Shown here in pieces: positions 1 to 8,686 of a stretch of DNA of 15,027 nucleotides (within the stretch, counting starts at the first letter, position 1; each line of letters opens with the position of its first letter). The notes beneath the pieces are model-generated. The model did not search any database. It saw only the letters and a program-made list of their open reading frames with translations, and had not been told where the DNA came from. Source of the DNA: Planctomycetales bacterium (GTDB taxonomy: Bacteria > 4484-113); the NCBI GenBank assembly GCA_037445915.1, contig JBBIJQ010000050.1, positions 1 through 15,027 on the forward strand, given 5' to 3'. A program made the position numbers and the translations under genes.

Positions 1-785
1 GCGTGTTCGTGCGCGACGGCGGCTTTGCGCATATCCACCACAACGCCATCATCAACAACACCTGGGACGGCATCGCGCTTTACCGGGGCGCGCATGCGGT
101 CATCCACGACAACTTCATTTACGGTGGGCGCGGCGCGGGCATCGGCGTGACCTGGGACGGCGCCGCTGACGTTTACCGCAACATCATCTCCGCGTATTGG
201 AAGGGCATCGGCAGCTTCGGCGAGAGCATGGTCACGGTTCGCAACTGCATCGTCACCGACCTTGCGGGATGGGGCATTATCGCCACCGGCGAATCGCGCA
301 TGGACGCGGTCAACAACACTGTCGTGCGGATGGGCAACGTCGGCTTCGCGGGATGGGAATCTTCGGCGCAGCTGAAGATGATTAACAACATTAGCTACAA
401 CAGCGGCACGGTTGAGCAGTGGGTTGCTCCGCGAGTGGGGCTGTGGATGAACTGCGCGCCCGCGAACTACCGCGTGCTGAACAACTGCATCTTCGGCAGC
501 ACCGAAGCCAACTACCTCGGCATGGAAGACCCCACCGGCACATTCGGCAACATCAGCGCAGACCCGATGTTCGTCACCGGCAAGCTGAACCTTCCTGACG
601 GCGCGACGCCTGCAACAACTACCTTTGACGTCATTCCCGACGACCTGTTTGAACAGGTTGGCGGCGGCTACAGGCTGCAGGCAGGCTCGCCCTGCATCGC
701 GACAGGCTTTGAAGGTTATGTGAACCCCGACGGGACGCCGTCAGACCTAGGCGCGTTCGGCGGGTGGATGGCCCCGAACAAATAA
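1..785 (+). CDS. Right-handed parallel beta-helix (PbH1/pectin-lyase-like fold) protein, 5'-truncated by the window edge
   Basis: The frame is open from position 3 to TAA at 783-785. It has ~22-23-aa repeats of the type I..N.I......GI (IHHNAIINNTWDGIAL / IHDNFIYGGRGAGIGV / VYRNIISAYWKGIGS / VRNCIVTDLAGWGIIA). The C-terminal GNISADPMFV...YRLQAGSPCIATG...PDGTPSDLGAFGG tail is typical of secreted beta-helix proteins. Confidence 0.75.
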   Translation, partial: VFVRDGGFAHIHHNAIINNTWDGIALYRGAHAVIHDNFIYGGRGAGIGVTWDGAADVYRNIISAYWKGIGSFGESMVTVRNCIVTDLAGWGIIATGESRMDAVNNTVVRMGNVGFAGWESSAQLKMINNISYNSGTVEQWVAPRVGLWMNCAPANYRVLNNCIFGSTEANYLGMEDPTGTFGNISADPMFVTGKLNLPDGATPATTTFDVIPDDLFEQVGGGYRLQAGSPCIATGFEGYVNPDGTPSDLGAFGGWMAPNK

Positions 786-839
786 GCCTCGGCGAGAGTC
801 AAAAGAAGCATCTACATGCGGCCGTGCCGGCGAAAGCAG

Positions 840-848
840 TGTTATACT
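840..848 (+). promoter_or_regulatory. Putative extended -10 promoter element (TGtTATACT) for the DUF4349 gene
   Basis: TG-n-TATACT lies in the intergenic gap ~30 nt upstream of the GTG start at 880. No good -35 is present. Confidence 0.5.
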
Positions 849-879
849 CTGAATGGCGAAAGCCGGCTTGGGAGGAAAC

Positions 880-1911
880 GTGAATAAATCTGGCAGCAGT
901 AAAAGGATATCGCATACCGCGAAGGAAAAGACACAAGCGCGATGCACAAGCCTCAGCGCTGCATTACCTTTCTTCTTTGCTTTCGCCGTGCTTATCCTTC
1001 TTTCTGGGCTTGTCTCATGCGGCCACAGAGCGTACGAGAGTGCCGGTTCAATATCGCTTCAGCCAGAAATGGACGCCAAGCGAATGTCAGTTGCCGAGAG
1101 TGATATGGCAGGTTCGGCCTCTGCACCTGAGCAGGCGATGCCAGGCGCTCCTCCTGTTTCAAACTGGACTGGCGTGCTAGACCAGAAAGCATTCGCGCAG
1201 GAAACGACCGCGTCCGGCGTGAAGCCGATGATCATCTATAACGGCTCGCTGGCGATTAAAGTCGCGAAGCTAAAAGACGCATCAGACACCGTCCTCAAAA
1301 TGCTCCCCAAATACGACGGCTACGTCTCCAACATGTCCGAGAGCACCCAGGGGACGATGCAGCTCGTGACTATTACTGTGCGCGTGGACGCCGGTAAGGT
1401 AATGGACTTCATCGCTGAAGTAAAGAAGGTCGGCGAAGTTCTTTCGTCAGACCTGACCGGCGATGAAGTCACAGAGGAATTCGTTGACTTGCAGGCACAG
1501 CTATCGGCGTTGAGGATATCCGAGGCGCGCCTGAAGGACATGCTCTCAAAGAGCGGAAAGCTAAGCGACCTGCTGGAGATTGAGCGCGAACTATCCAATA
1601 AGCAGGCGCAGATTAACCAGGTCATGGGCCGCATGCGCTACTTGAGCGACCGTAGCAGCCGAGCCACGGTTGAGATTACATTACAGACCGAAGCGCCCCC
1701 GCCGCCTTCCACAATCCAGTTTGCATGGGGCTTTGGCGAAGTCTTCCAGCAGGCGTGGGTTAACCTCAAATACACTGTGCGCTCGTTCATCGCGGGCGTC
1801 ATTACCTTCGCAGTCAGCGCGCTGTTCTGGCTTCCCGCGCTTGCGGTAGTGGCTTGGGTACTCTTGCTTTTCAGGCGCCGCCTGCGCAGGATACCCACAG
1901 CAAAACCCTAG
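880..1911 (+). CDS. DUF4349-domain lipoprotein with C-terminal transmembrane helix
   Basis: GTG at 880 follows GGAGG (871-875) and is in frame with the 853 ORF. A hydrophobic stretch ends in a lipobox-like LVS-C (Cys codon 1018-1020), followed by an Ala/Pro/Ser linker. The core has IIYNGSLAIKV...GYVSN...ITVRV...DEVTEEFVDLQAQL...LSDLLEIERELS...GRMRYLSDR...ATVEITL, then a TM helix with a basic tail (WLPALAVVAWVLLLFRRRLRR). Confidence 0.8.
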   Translation: MNKSGSSKRISHTAKEKTQARCTSLSAALPFFFAFAVLILLSGLVSCGHRAYESAGSISLQPEMDAKRMSVAESDMAGSASAPEQAMPGAPPVSNWTGVLDQKAFAQETTASGVKPMIIYNGSLAIKVAKLKDASDTVLKMLPKYDGYVSNMSESTQGTMQLVTITVRVDAGKVMDFIAEVKKVGEVLSSDLTGDEVTEEFVDLQAQLSALRISEARLKDMLSKSGKLSDLLEIERELSNKQAQINQVMGRMRYLSDRSSRATVEITLQTEAPPPPSTIQFAWGFGEVFQQAWVNLKYTVRSFIAGVITFAVSALFWLPALAVVAWVLLLFRRRLRRIPTAKP

Positions 1912-1919
1912 ACTTGAAG

Positions 1920-3248
1920 CTAACTGGTTTTGTGCTCCGGATGGTGTAGCGGCCTGCCTATGAAGAGGATGGCGCAGATGGCAGCGCTGATGATGGCGCC
2001 ATTCAAGAGCGCATTGGAGACACCATAGTTCTTCGCAAACCAGCCCAGCAGCAGCGTGCCAACAGGATAAAGCCCGATGTGGAACATGGAATACACGCCC
2101 ATCGCGCGCCCGCGCATATCATCCGGAACGGCGAGCTGGATGATTGTGTTGCTGTTGGCGAAAGCCCAGTTAAAGCCTATGCCCGCGACCCCCAGTATTA
2201 TGTAGGCGAGCCAGAGAACATGAAGCTGTGAAAACACAATTATCCCGCCGATGAGCAAAACATAACCTGCACGGAGGATTATGTGTTGCAGGTTCTTTGT
2301 GCTGAGGAGCGCAAGAGCAAGCGACCCTGTGACTGCGCCAACGCCGAAGCTAGCCGCAAGGAAGCCGAATTGCGCCGGCCCAGCGTTGAGCTGGTAGCGC
2401 GCAATTGCAGGCAGAAGCGCAATCACCGGCGCAATGAGCAGCGCCAGCACGCCTATCATCACAACAATGCGGCGAATGCCGCGCGCCTGCGCCAAGTAGC
2501 GCATCCCTTCTGAAGTGCGTCGCATGTAGCTTTCTTTGTTCAGCCCGCCTTTCGCGCGCGCGGAAAAGTCGCCGCGCATCATTACAAGCGCCGCGATAAC
2601 CGCAATGAACGAAAGCGCGTTAAGCATAAATGCGTCAGCGACCTTGAAGTGCATCGCCAGCATAACGCCGGTAATGCCAGGGCCGAAGACGCGCGCGGAG
2701 TTGAAAACGCCGGAGTTCAGTGCAATCGCGCTGGGAAGGTGCTCGCGGCCGACAAGCTCAATCGCCATCCCCTGCCGCGCAGGAGTGTCAAGCGCAGTAA
2801 TGACTCCAAGGAACAGCGCTAAGACAATCAAGTAAGATATGTTAATGACACCGGCGTATGCCAATATCGCAAGCGCGAGAGCCTGCACAGCCAGCAGTGA
2901 TTGCGTGAATATGATGACGCGCCGCTTATCAAGGTAATCGGCAAAAACACCTGCGAATGGCGACAGCAACAGCACTGGCAAAGTATTCCATGCGCTGATA
3001 ACCGCGACCCACCAGCTCGTCATCGCCTCAATGTTAGCGCCGTCCGCTATGGGCATCCCCAAGACAAGATCTGTTACCAGCCACCCCATCGCCGTGCGCT
3101 GCATCCACGTTCCCACGAGGCTTATGATTTGCCCTAGCCAGTAGAGGCGGTAGTTGCGGTGCTTAAGCGCGGCAAACGGCTCGGGGACCCAGTTCAAATA
3201 GCCTGGCTCTGAATTCACCGAGTGCGCAGCTGAAATGCCTTTGTCCAT
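1920..3248 (-). CDS. Major facilitator superfamily transporter (MFS_3/DUF894-like, 12-TM)
   Basis: 442 aa with many hydrophobic segments. Motifs: FAALKHRNYRLYWLGQIISLVGTWMQ, motif A-like GVFADYLDKRR, DTPARQ..LVGREHLPSAIALNS..FNSARVFGP, and IQLAVPDDMRGRAMG. Confidence 0.9.
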   Translation of the reverse strand: MDKGISAAHSVNSEPGYLNWVPEPFAALKHRNYRLYWLGQIISLVGTWMQRTAMGWLVTDLVLGMPIADGANIEAMTSWWVAVISAWNTLPVLLLSPFAGVFADYLDKRRVIIFTQSLLAVQALALAILAYAGVINISYLIVLALFLGVITALDTPARQGMAIELVGREHLPSAIALNSGVFNSARVFGPGITGVMLAMHFKVADAFMLNALSFIAVIAALVMMRGDFSARAKGGLNKESYMRRTSEGMRYLAQARGIRRIVVMIGVLALLIAPVIALLPAIARYQLNAGPAQFGFLAASFGVGAVTGSLALALLSTKNLQHIILRAGYVLLIGGIIVFSQLHVLWLAYIILGVAGIGFNWAFANSNTIIQLAVPDDMRGRAMGVYSMFHIGLYPVGTLLLGWFAKNYGVSNALLNGAIISAAICAILFIGRPLHHPEHKTS

Positions 3249-3275
3249 CGTCCTGCAGCCTTGAAGGCGCGGATG

Positions 3276-3304
3276 AGTCTAGCCATATCCGACCTTTGAT
3301 GCAA
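3276..3304 (-). promoter_or_regulatory. Putative sigma70/sigmaA promoter for the MFS gene (TTGCAT-N17-TAGACT)
   Basis: The minus strand reads TTGCAT caaaggtcggatatggc TAGACT, a 17-nt spacer, ~28 nt upstream of the ATG at 3248. The -35 overlaps the U-tract of the groL terminator. Confidence 0.55.
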
Positions 3305-3329
3305 AAGGGGGCGCGTTCGCGCCCCCTTT
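3303..3329 (-). terminator. Intrinsic (rho-independent) terminator of groES-groL
   Basis: A perfect hairpin AAAGGGGGCGC-GAAC-GCGCCCCCTTT(T) lies on the minus strand, 30 nt after the groL stop. Confidence 0.85.
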
Positions 3330-3359
3330 CAACTGCAATGCGTTTTCGGCGAATGGCCT

Positions 3360-5003
<1,644 letters not shown>

Positions 5004-5034
5004 TTAGCACCTCCAATAGTAATAATCGTGCCTG

Positions 5035-5337
5035 CTACTCCTGCCAGGCCATAACGTCGTCTTCACGGAGAATCAGGTACTCAGCGCCGGCGAACTTAAA
5101 CTCTGTGCCAGAATACTTGCCGTAAAGCACCTTCATCCCAGGCTTCACAAAAACCTCTGAGCGCTGGCCGTTCTCCAACAAGCGCCCGATGCCGACGGCG
5201 ATGACTTCGCCGAGTACTGGGCGCTCTTTCGCGCTGTCGGGGATTAGTATCCCCCCTTCGGTCGTCTTCTCAGACTCCTCTGCCGGCTTGATTACAAGCC
5301 GCCCCGGAGCAGGCGTGAAGCTAAATTTCTTAGCCAT
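5035..5337 (-). CDS. groES: Co-chaperonin GroES (Hsp10)
   Basis: 100 aa with mobile loop EKTTEGGILIPDSAKERP, GEVIAVG.GR, VLYGKYSGTE and YLILREDDVMA. RBS AAAGGAGG at 5346-5353 (minus strand). It sits directly upstream of groL. Confidence 0.98.
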   Translation of the reverse strand: MAKKFSFTPAPGRLVIKPAEESEKTTEGGILIPDSAKERPVLGEVIAVGIGRLLENGQRSEVFVKPGMKVLYGKYSGTEFKFAGAEYLILREDDVMAWQE

Positions 5338-5409
5338 GTGAGTTTCCTCCTTTCAACAATCCATTATTTCACGTGGCGCGGGACTGCTATCAATACAAGC
5401 CTTAGGCTG

Positions 5410-5436
5410 TTAGCAGTCTCGCCAGACGATTGCTAA
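5410..5436. promoter_or_regulatory. CIRCE operator (HrcA binding site)
   Basis: TTAGCAGTC-tcgccagac-GATTGCTAA compared with consensus TTAGCACTC-N9-GAGTGCTAA: one mismatch per arm and an exact 9-nt spacer. It lies between groES and hrcA and abuts the groES -10. Confidence 0.95.
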
Positions 5437-5463
5437 GTATAGCAGGCGAATTTGCGTTGTCAA
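5436..5463 (-). promoter_or_regulatory. Housekeeping-sigma promoter of groES-groL (TTGACA-N16-TATACT with extended TG)
   Basis: The minus strand reads TTGACA acgcaaattcgccTGc TATACT. The expected start site falls inside the CIRCE element. Confidence 0.85.
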
Positions 5464-5539
5464 CACCTTAGAGCCAGAAAAGCCCGCAAATCCTCCCAGC
5501 TCGGCTTGTTCTGCGGTAAAATGAATGTAACCAATAACT

Positions 5540-6589
5540 ATGGCGTTTCAGATACCAATTAGTGCGCGCAAGAAAGACTTGCTGCTCCTCCTTACTGAGG
5601 AATTTATCCGCACAGTTGCGCCTGTAAGCTCGTCGTCACTCACGCGCTACCAGCAGGTTAGCAGCGCGACGATCCGTAATGAGCTGAAGGAGTTGGAAGA
5701 GCTGGGCTTCCTCAAGCGCCCGCACACCGCTTCCGGCTGCGTTCCGACTTCTGCCGCATACAGGTTATATGTCAACTCGTTGCTCGCCAACATTACCGTG
5801 GATACCGCTGAAGTCCGCGCGCTAGCTAAGACCTTCAACTTGCTGAGCAGCGAAATCAGCAAGCTGGGCACGAAGTCACTTGACCAGCTTGTGTCTGCGT
5901 CGGGATACATGGCTTTCGTTACAATGCCGCTCAACGCTTCGTTTGTCGTGCGCAGCATCAACCTTATTGAAACCGACGTAAACCAGTTAATGATAATGCT
6001 GGTAACCGACCTTGGCGTGCTGCAAAGCGAGCCTATTAAGACTGACGTTCCGGCGCGCAAACTAATGCTCGGCCACCTCAATGAAAGGCTGACTAACTTG
6101 TTGCGCGGGCGCAACCTGGCGGCTGTGCGCCAGGATGAGATTCGTGTCGCCCTAGAGGATTTCGCAGCCTTGCCTGTATCCATCCAGACGAAGCTGGAAC
6201 GTTTTTTCGGCGACATTAAGCCTGTTTCCAGCCGCATCGTTTTCAGCGACGCATACCGCCTCCTCACGCAGCCGGAGTTTTATAAGCTGGAGCACTTTCG
6301 TTCAATGCTGGACAGCGTGATGGACGAGGAATCATTCCTGCGGAAGCTGGAAGAGCGCAAAGGCATTGACCTAGGCGCGATTATCGGCGACGAATTTGGC
6401 ACTGACGAGCTGGCGGAGGTGAGCATCCTTTTCTCCAACTATCGCATAGGGGAGAGTTCGGAAGGGCGGGTTGGGGTTGTAGGCCCGACGCGCTTGTATT
6501 ACAGCAAGACGCTGCCGCTCGTTCTGCATGTTGCGCGCGCCATCAGCCAGGTGATTGACCAATGGAGGAAGGACAGTAATGAAAGCTGA
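5540..6589 (+). CDS. hrcA: Heat-inducible transcription repressor HrcA
   Basis: 349 aa. N-terminal wHTH with PVSS..L....VSSATIRNEL.ELEELGFLKRPHTASG.VPT..AYRLYVNSL. C-terminal L.QPEF, IIGDE and GRVGVVGPTRLYY. A CIRCE element and groESL are adjacent. Confidence 0.95.
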   Translation: MAFQIPISARKKDLLLLLTEEFIRTVAPVSSSSLTRYQQVSSATIRNELKELEELGFLKRPHTASGCVPTSAAYRLYVNSLLANITVDTAEVRALAKTFNLLSSEISKLGTKSLDQLVSASGYMAFVTMPLNASFVVRSINLIETDVNQLMIMLVTDLGVLQSEPIKTDVPARKLMLGHLNERLTNLLRGRNLAAVRQDEIRVALEDFAALPVSIQTKLERFFGDIKPVSSRIVFSDAYRLLTQPEFYKLEHFRSMLDSVMDEESFLRKLEERKGIDLGAIIGDEFGTDELAEVSILFSNYRIGESSEGRVGVVGPTRLYYSKTLPLVLHVARAISQVIDQWRKDSNES

Positions 6590-7703
6590 AGCAGACCTCT
6601 ACTCCATCCTAGGCGTTTCTCCCAGCGCTTCGGCGGATGAACTTAAGCGCGCCTACCGCAAGCTTGCGCGCCAGTGCCATCCCGACCTGCACGGGAACTG
6701 CACGGAGATGGAGGAAAAGTTTAAGCAGGTTTCAATGGCGTATGAGATACTCTCCGACCCAGCGAAGCGCTCGCAGTACGACCAGTTCGGAACGACCGGG
6801 GGGCCGGGCGGCAACGGCGGTTTTGGCAGCGTCGCGGACATCTTTGATTTCTTCTTTGGCGGCGGCTTCGGCGGTGGTTTCAGTGGCACGCGCCGCCAGC
6901 AACGTGATCCAGCCTATTCCGATGGCGAAGATATTGTTGAAACAGTCACGCTTGAGCTTAAGGATGTGCTGGCTGAGCGCAGCCTAACGATAAACTTCCG
7001 CAGGCTTGAGCTATGCCCCGATTGTGGCGGCTCGCGCGCTGCGCCTGGGACACACCCGTCAACTTGCAGGCACTGCAAAGGAAGTGGCGCGCTTTCCCAG
7101 ACAAGGCAAACGATACTTGGCGTATTCAGCACTGCGATGCCCTGCCCTAACTGCCATGGCGTTGGCAGGCTGATTGAGTCGCCGTGCAAGGCTTGCCGGG
7201 GAACCGGGCATACTGCAAACAACAGAGCGCTGAATGTCATCATCCCCGCAGGCGTCTCAGACGGAACAGCGCTTCGGCTGGGCGGCAGCGGACACACCGG
7301 CACTGGCGGCGGGAGGAACGGCGACATACTGCTTCGCGTGCGCGTGAAACCTCACCCTGTTTTTACTACTGAAGGGCCGGATTTGTTTGCTGAGTTGCCT
7401 TTAAGCTATCCAGAACTCGCGCTTGGGACGGAGCTTCACGTTGAGCATCCTTCCGGCAGCCAGATTAAAGTGAAGGTTCCCCCGCGAACGCAGCCGGGCG
7501 AGATAGTAACTCTGCGAAGCCATGGGATGCCGCGCCTGAACGGGAGAGGAAATGGCGATATGCACTTGCTGGTTAAGCTGGATATCCCGGCGAAGCATAG
7601 CAAGGACGAAGAAGCTGTGCTCCGTAACATGATGAGTGCAGGAGGCAAGCGCGGCAAAAACAACGACGGAGTTCGGCAGCTTAGAAAGCTGCGGAACAGC
7701 TGA
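6579..7703 (+). CDS. dnaJ: Type I DnaJ (Hsp40) co-chaperone
   Basis: Probable ATG at 6579 with GGAGG at 6564-6568, overlapping the hrcA end. J-domain DLYSILGV...AYRKLARQCHPD...AYEILSDPAKRSQYDQFG, then a G/F-rich region with DIF, four CxxCxGx(G/R) zinc motifs, and the C-terminal substrate-binding domain. Confidence 0.95.
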   Translation: MKAEADLYSILGVSPSASADELKRAYRKLARQCHPDLHGNCTEMEEKFKQVSMAYEILSDPAKRSQYDQFGTTGGPGGNGGFGSVADIFDFFFGGGFGGGFSGTRRQQRDPAYSDGEDIVETVTLELKDVLAERSLTINFRRLELCPDCGGSRAAPGTHPSTCRHCKGSGALSQTRQTILGVFSTAMPCPNCHGVGRLIESPCKACRGTGHTANNRALNVIIPAGVSDGTALRLGGSGHTGTGGGRNGDILLRVRVKPHPVFTTEGPDLFAELPLSYPELALGTELHVEHPSGSQIKVKVPPRTQPGEIVTLRSHGMPRLNGRGNGDMHLLVKLDIPAKHSKDEEAVLRNMMSAGGKRGKNNDGVRQLRKLRNS

Positions 7704-8587
7704 TGGACATTGACCGCGTAATGGACTCCTTCATCGCGTACTGCCGCGTTGAGCGAGGCTTGTCGGCAAACACTATCCTAGCCTACTCCAACGACCTTCA
7801 ACAATTCGCAGCGTGGCTGGGCAAGCCCGGCATCGGCGGCATTACTCCCGAAGTTCTCACTTCCTATGTCGGCCACATAAATACATCGCAAGACCTTGCG
7901 GCCAGCACAGTGCGTCGGCGCATCGCATCCCTTAGGCGTTTCACGCGCTTTCTTGCGATTCGCGGCTACATTGAAAAGGACCCCTTCCCTTCGCGGCTGC
8001 GCGCGCCTAAAGCTACGCCGCTGCCTAAAGCGCTAACAATCGCCGAAGTTGAACGGTTATTGGCTGCGCCTAACACCGAGATACCGCTTGGAATCCGCGA
8101 CCGCGCTTTGCTGGAAACGCTTTACGCATCAGGCATGCGCATCAGCGAATGCTGCGGCTTGACTCTTGCGGACGTTGATATGAACGCCGGCTTCGCGCGC
8201 GTAAAAGGTAAGGGCGGGAAAGTGCGCATTTGCCCACTTGGCGACTACGCGGTTGAGTGGCTTTGCAGATACCTTGGGGAAGTGCGGCCGGGCTTCAAGT
8301 GCGCGCACTCAAGCAAAAAGGTATTCCTGAGCCGGAAAGGTGAGCTTTCGCGCATCCAAGCCTACCGGCTTTTGCGGGCATATGCTTCAGGCGTTGGCAT
8401 AACATCGGACGTCTCCCCGCATACGCTTCGGCATTCATTCGCGACGCATTTGCTTGACCAAGGAGCGGACATCAGGGTTGTGCAGGAGCTGTTGGGGCAT
8501 TCGCGCATTGCCACGGTTGAATTCTATACTAGGGTTGTAATGTCCCGCTTGCGCGATGTGTATTCCAGCGCCCATCCACACGGCTAG
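7703..8587 (+). CDS. xerD: Tyrosine recombinase XerD-like
   Basis: 294 aa. N-terminal ERGLSANTILAYSNDL, then LPKALT..EVERLL.AP, RDRALLETLYASGMRISE, GKGGKVR and SPHTLRHSFATHLL.QGADIRVVQELLGH..IATVEFYT. The catalytic R-K-H-R-H-Y set is intact. The start overlaps the dnaJ stop (TGATG). Confidence 0.88.
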   Translation: MDIDRVMDSFIAYCRVERGLSANTILAYSNDLQQFAAWLGKPGIGGITPEVLTSYVGHINTSQDLAASTVRRRIASLRRFTRFLAIRGYIEKDPFPSRLRAPKATPLPKALTIAEVERLLAAPNTEIPLGIRDRALLETLYASGMRISECCGLTLADVDMNAGFARVKGKGGKVRICPLGDYAVEWLCRYLGEVRPGFKCAHSSKKVFLSRKGELSRIQAYRLLRAYASGVGITSDVSPHTLRHSFATHLLDQGADIRVVQELLGHSRIATVEFYTRVVMSRLRDVYSSAHPHG

Positions 8588-8640
8588 CAAGCCGATTCAG
8601 TCTTATTCCTGAGGAAATTGCCCAACTTCCCGCCGCAGTT

Positions 8641-8649
8641 TGGTAGAAT
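8641..8649 (+). promoter_or_regulatory. Putative extended -10 element (TGgTAGAAT) for the TIR-coiled coil-TPR gene
   Basis: TG-n-TAGAAT lies ~38 nt upstream of the TTG at 8687, with GAGGA at 8673-8677 between them. Confidence 0.5.
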
Positions 8650-8686
8650 AAGTGTTCAAGAACCTTTTCGGCGAGGAAACAGGTCG

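Noticed and set aside
5004-5013. TTAGCACCTC, resembling a CIRCE half-site at the groL start
   Set aside because: It is the complement of the RBS-spacer (GGAGGTGCTAA-ATG) and has no partner arm at 9-nt spacing.
6555-6578. ORF-track start for dnaJ at 6555
   Set aside because: ATG 6579 has an upstream GGAGG and begins directly at the J-domain.
7703-8587. Tyrosine recombinase as the integrase of a prophage or genomic island carrying the TIR gene
   Set aside because: Its size and motifs are XerD-like and it is coupled to dnaJ. I saw no att repeats, tRNA, phage genes or dif-like site in the window.
8618-8686. ORF-track start (TTG 8618) for the TIR protein
   Set aside because: The GAGG is too close to this codon, and the extension contains the putative -10 element. 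TTG 8687 has a well-spaced RBS and places the TIR beta-A strand at the N-terminus.
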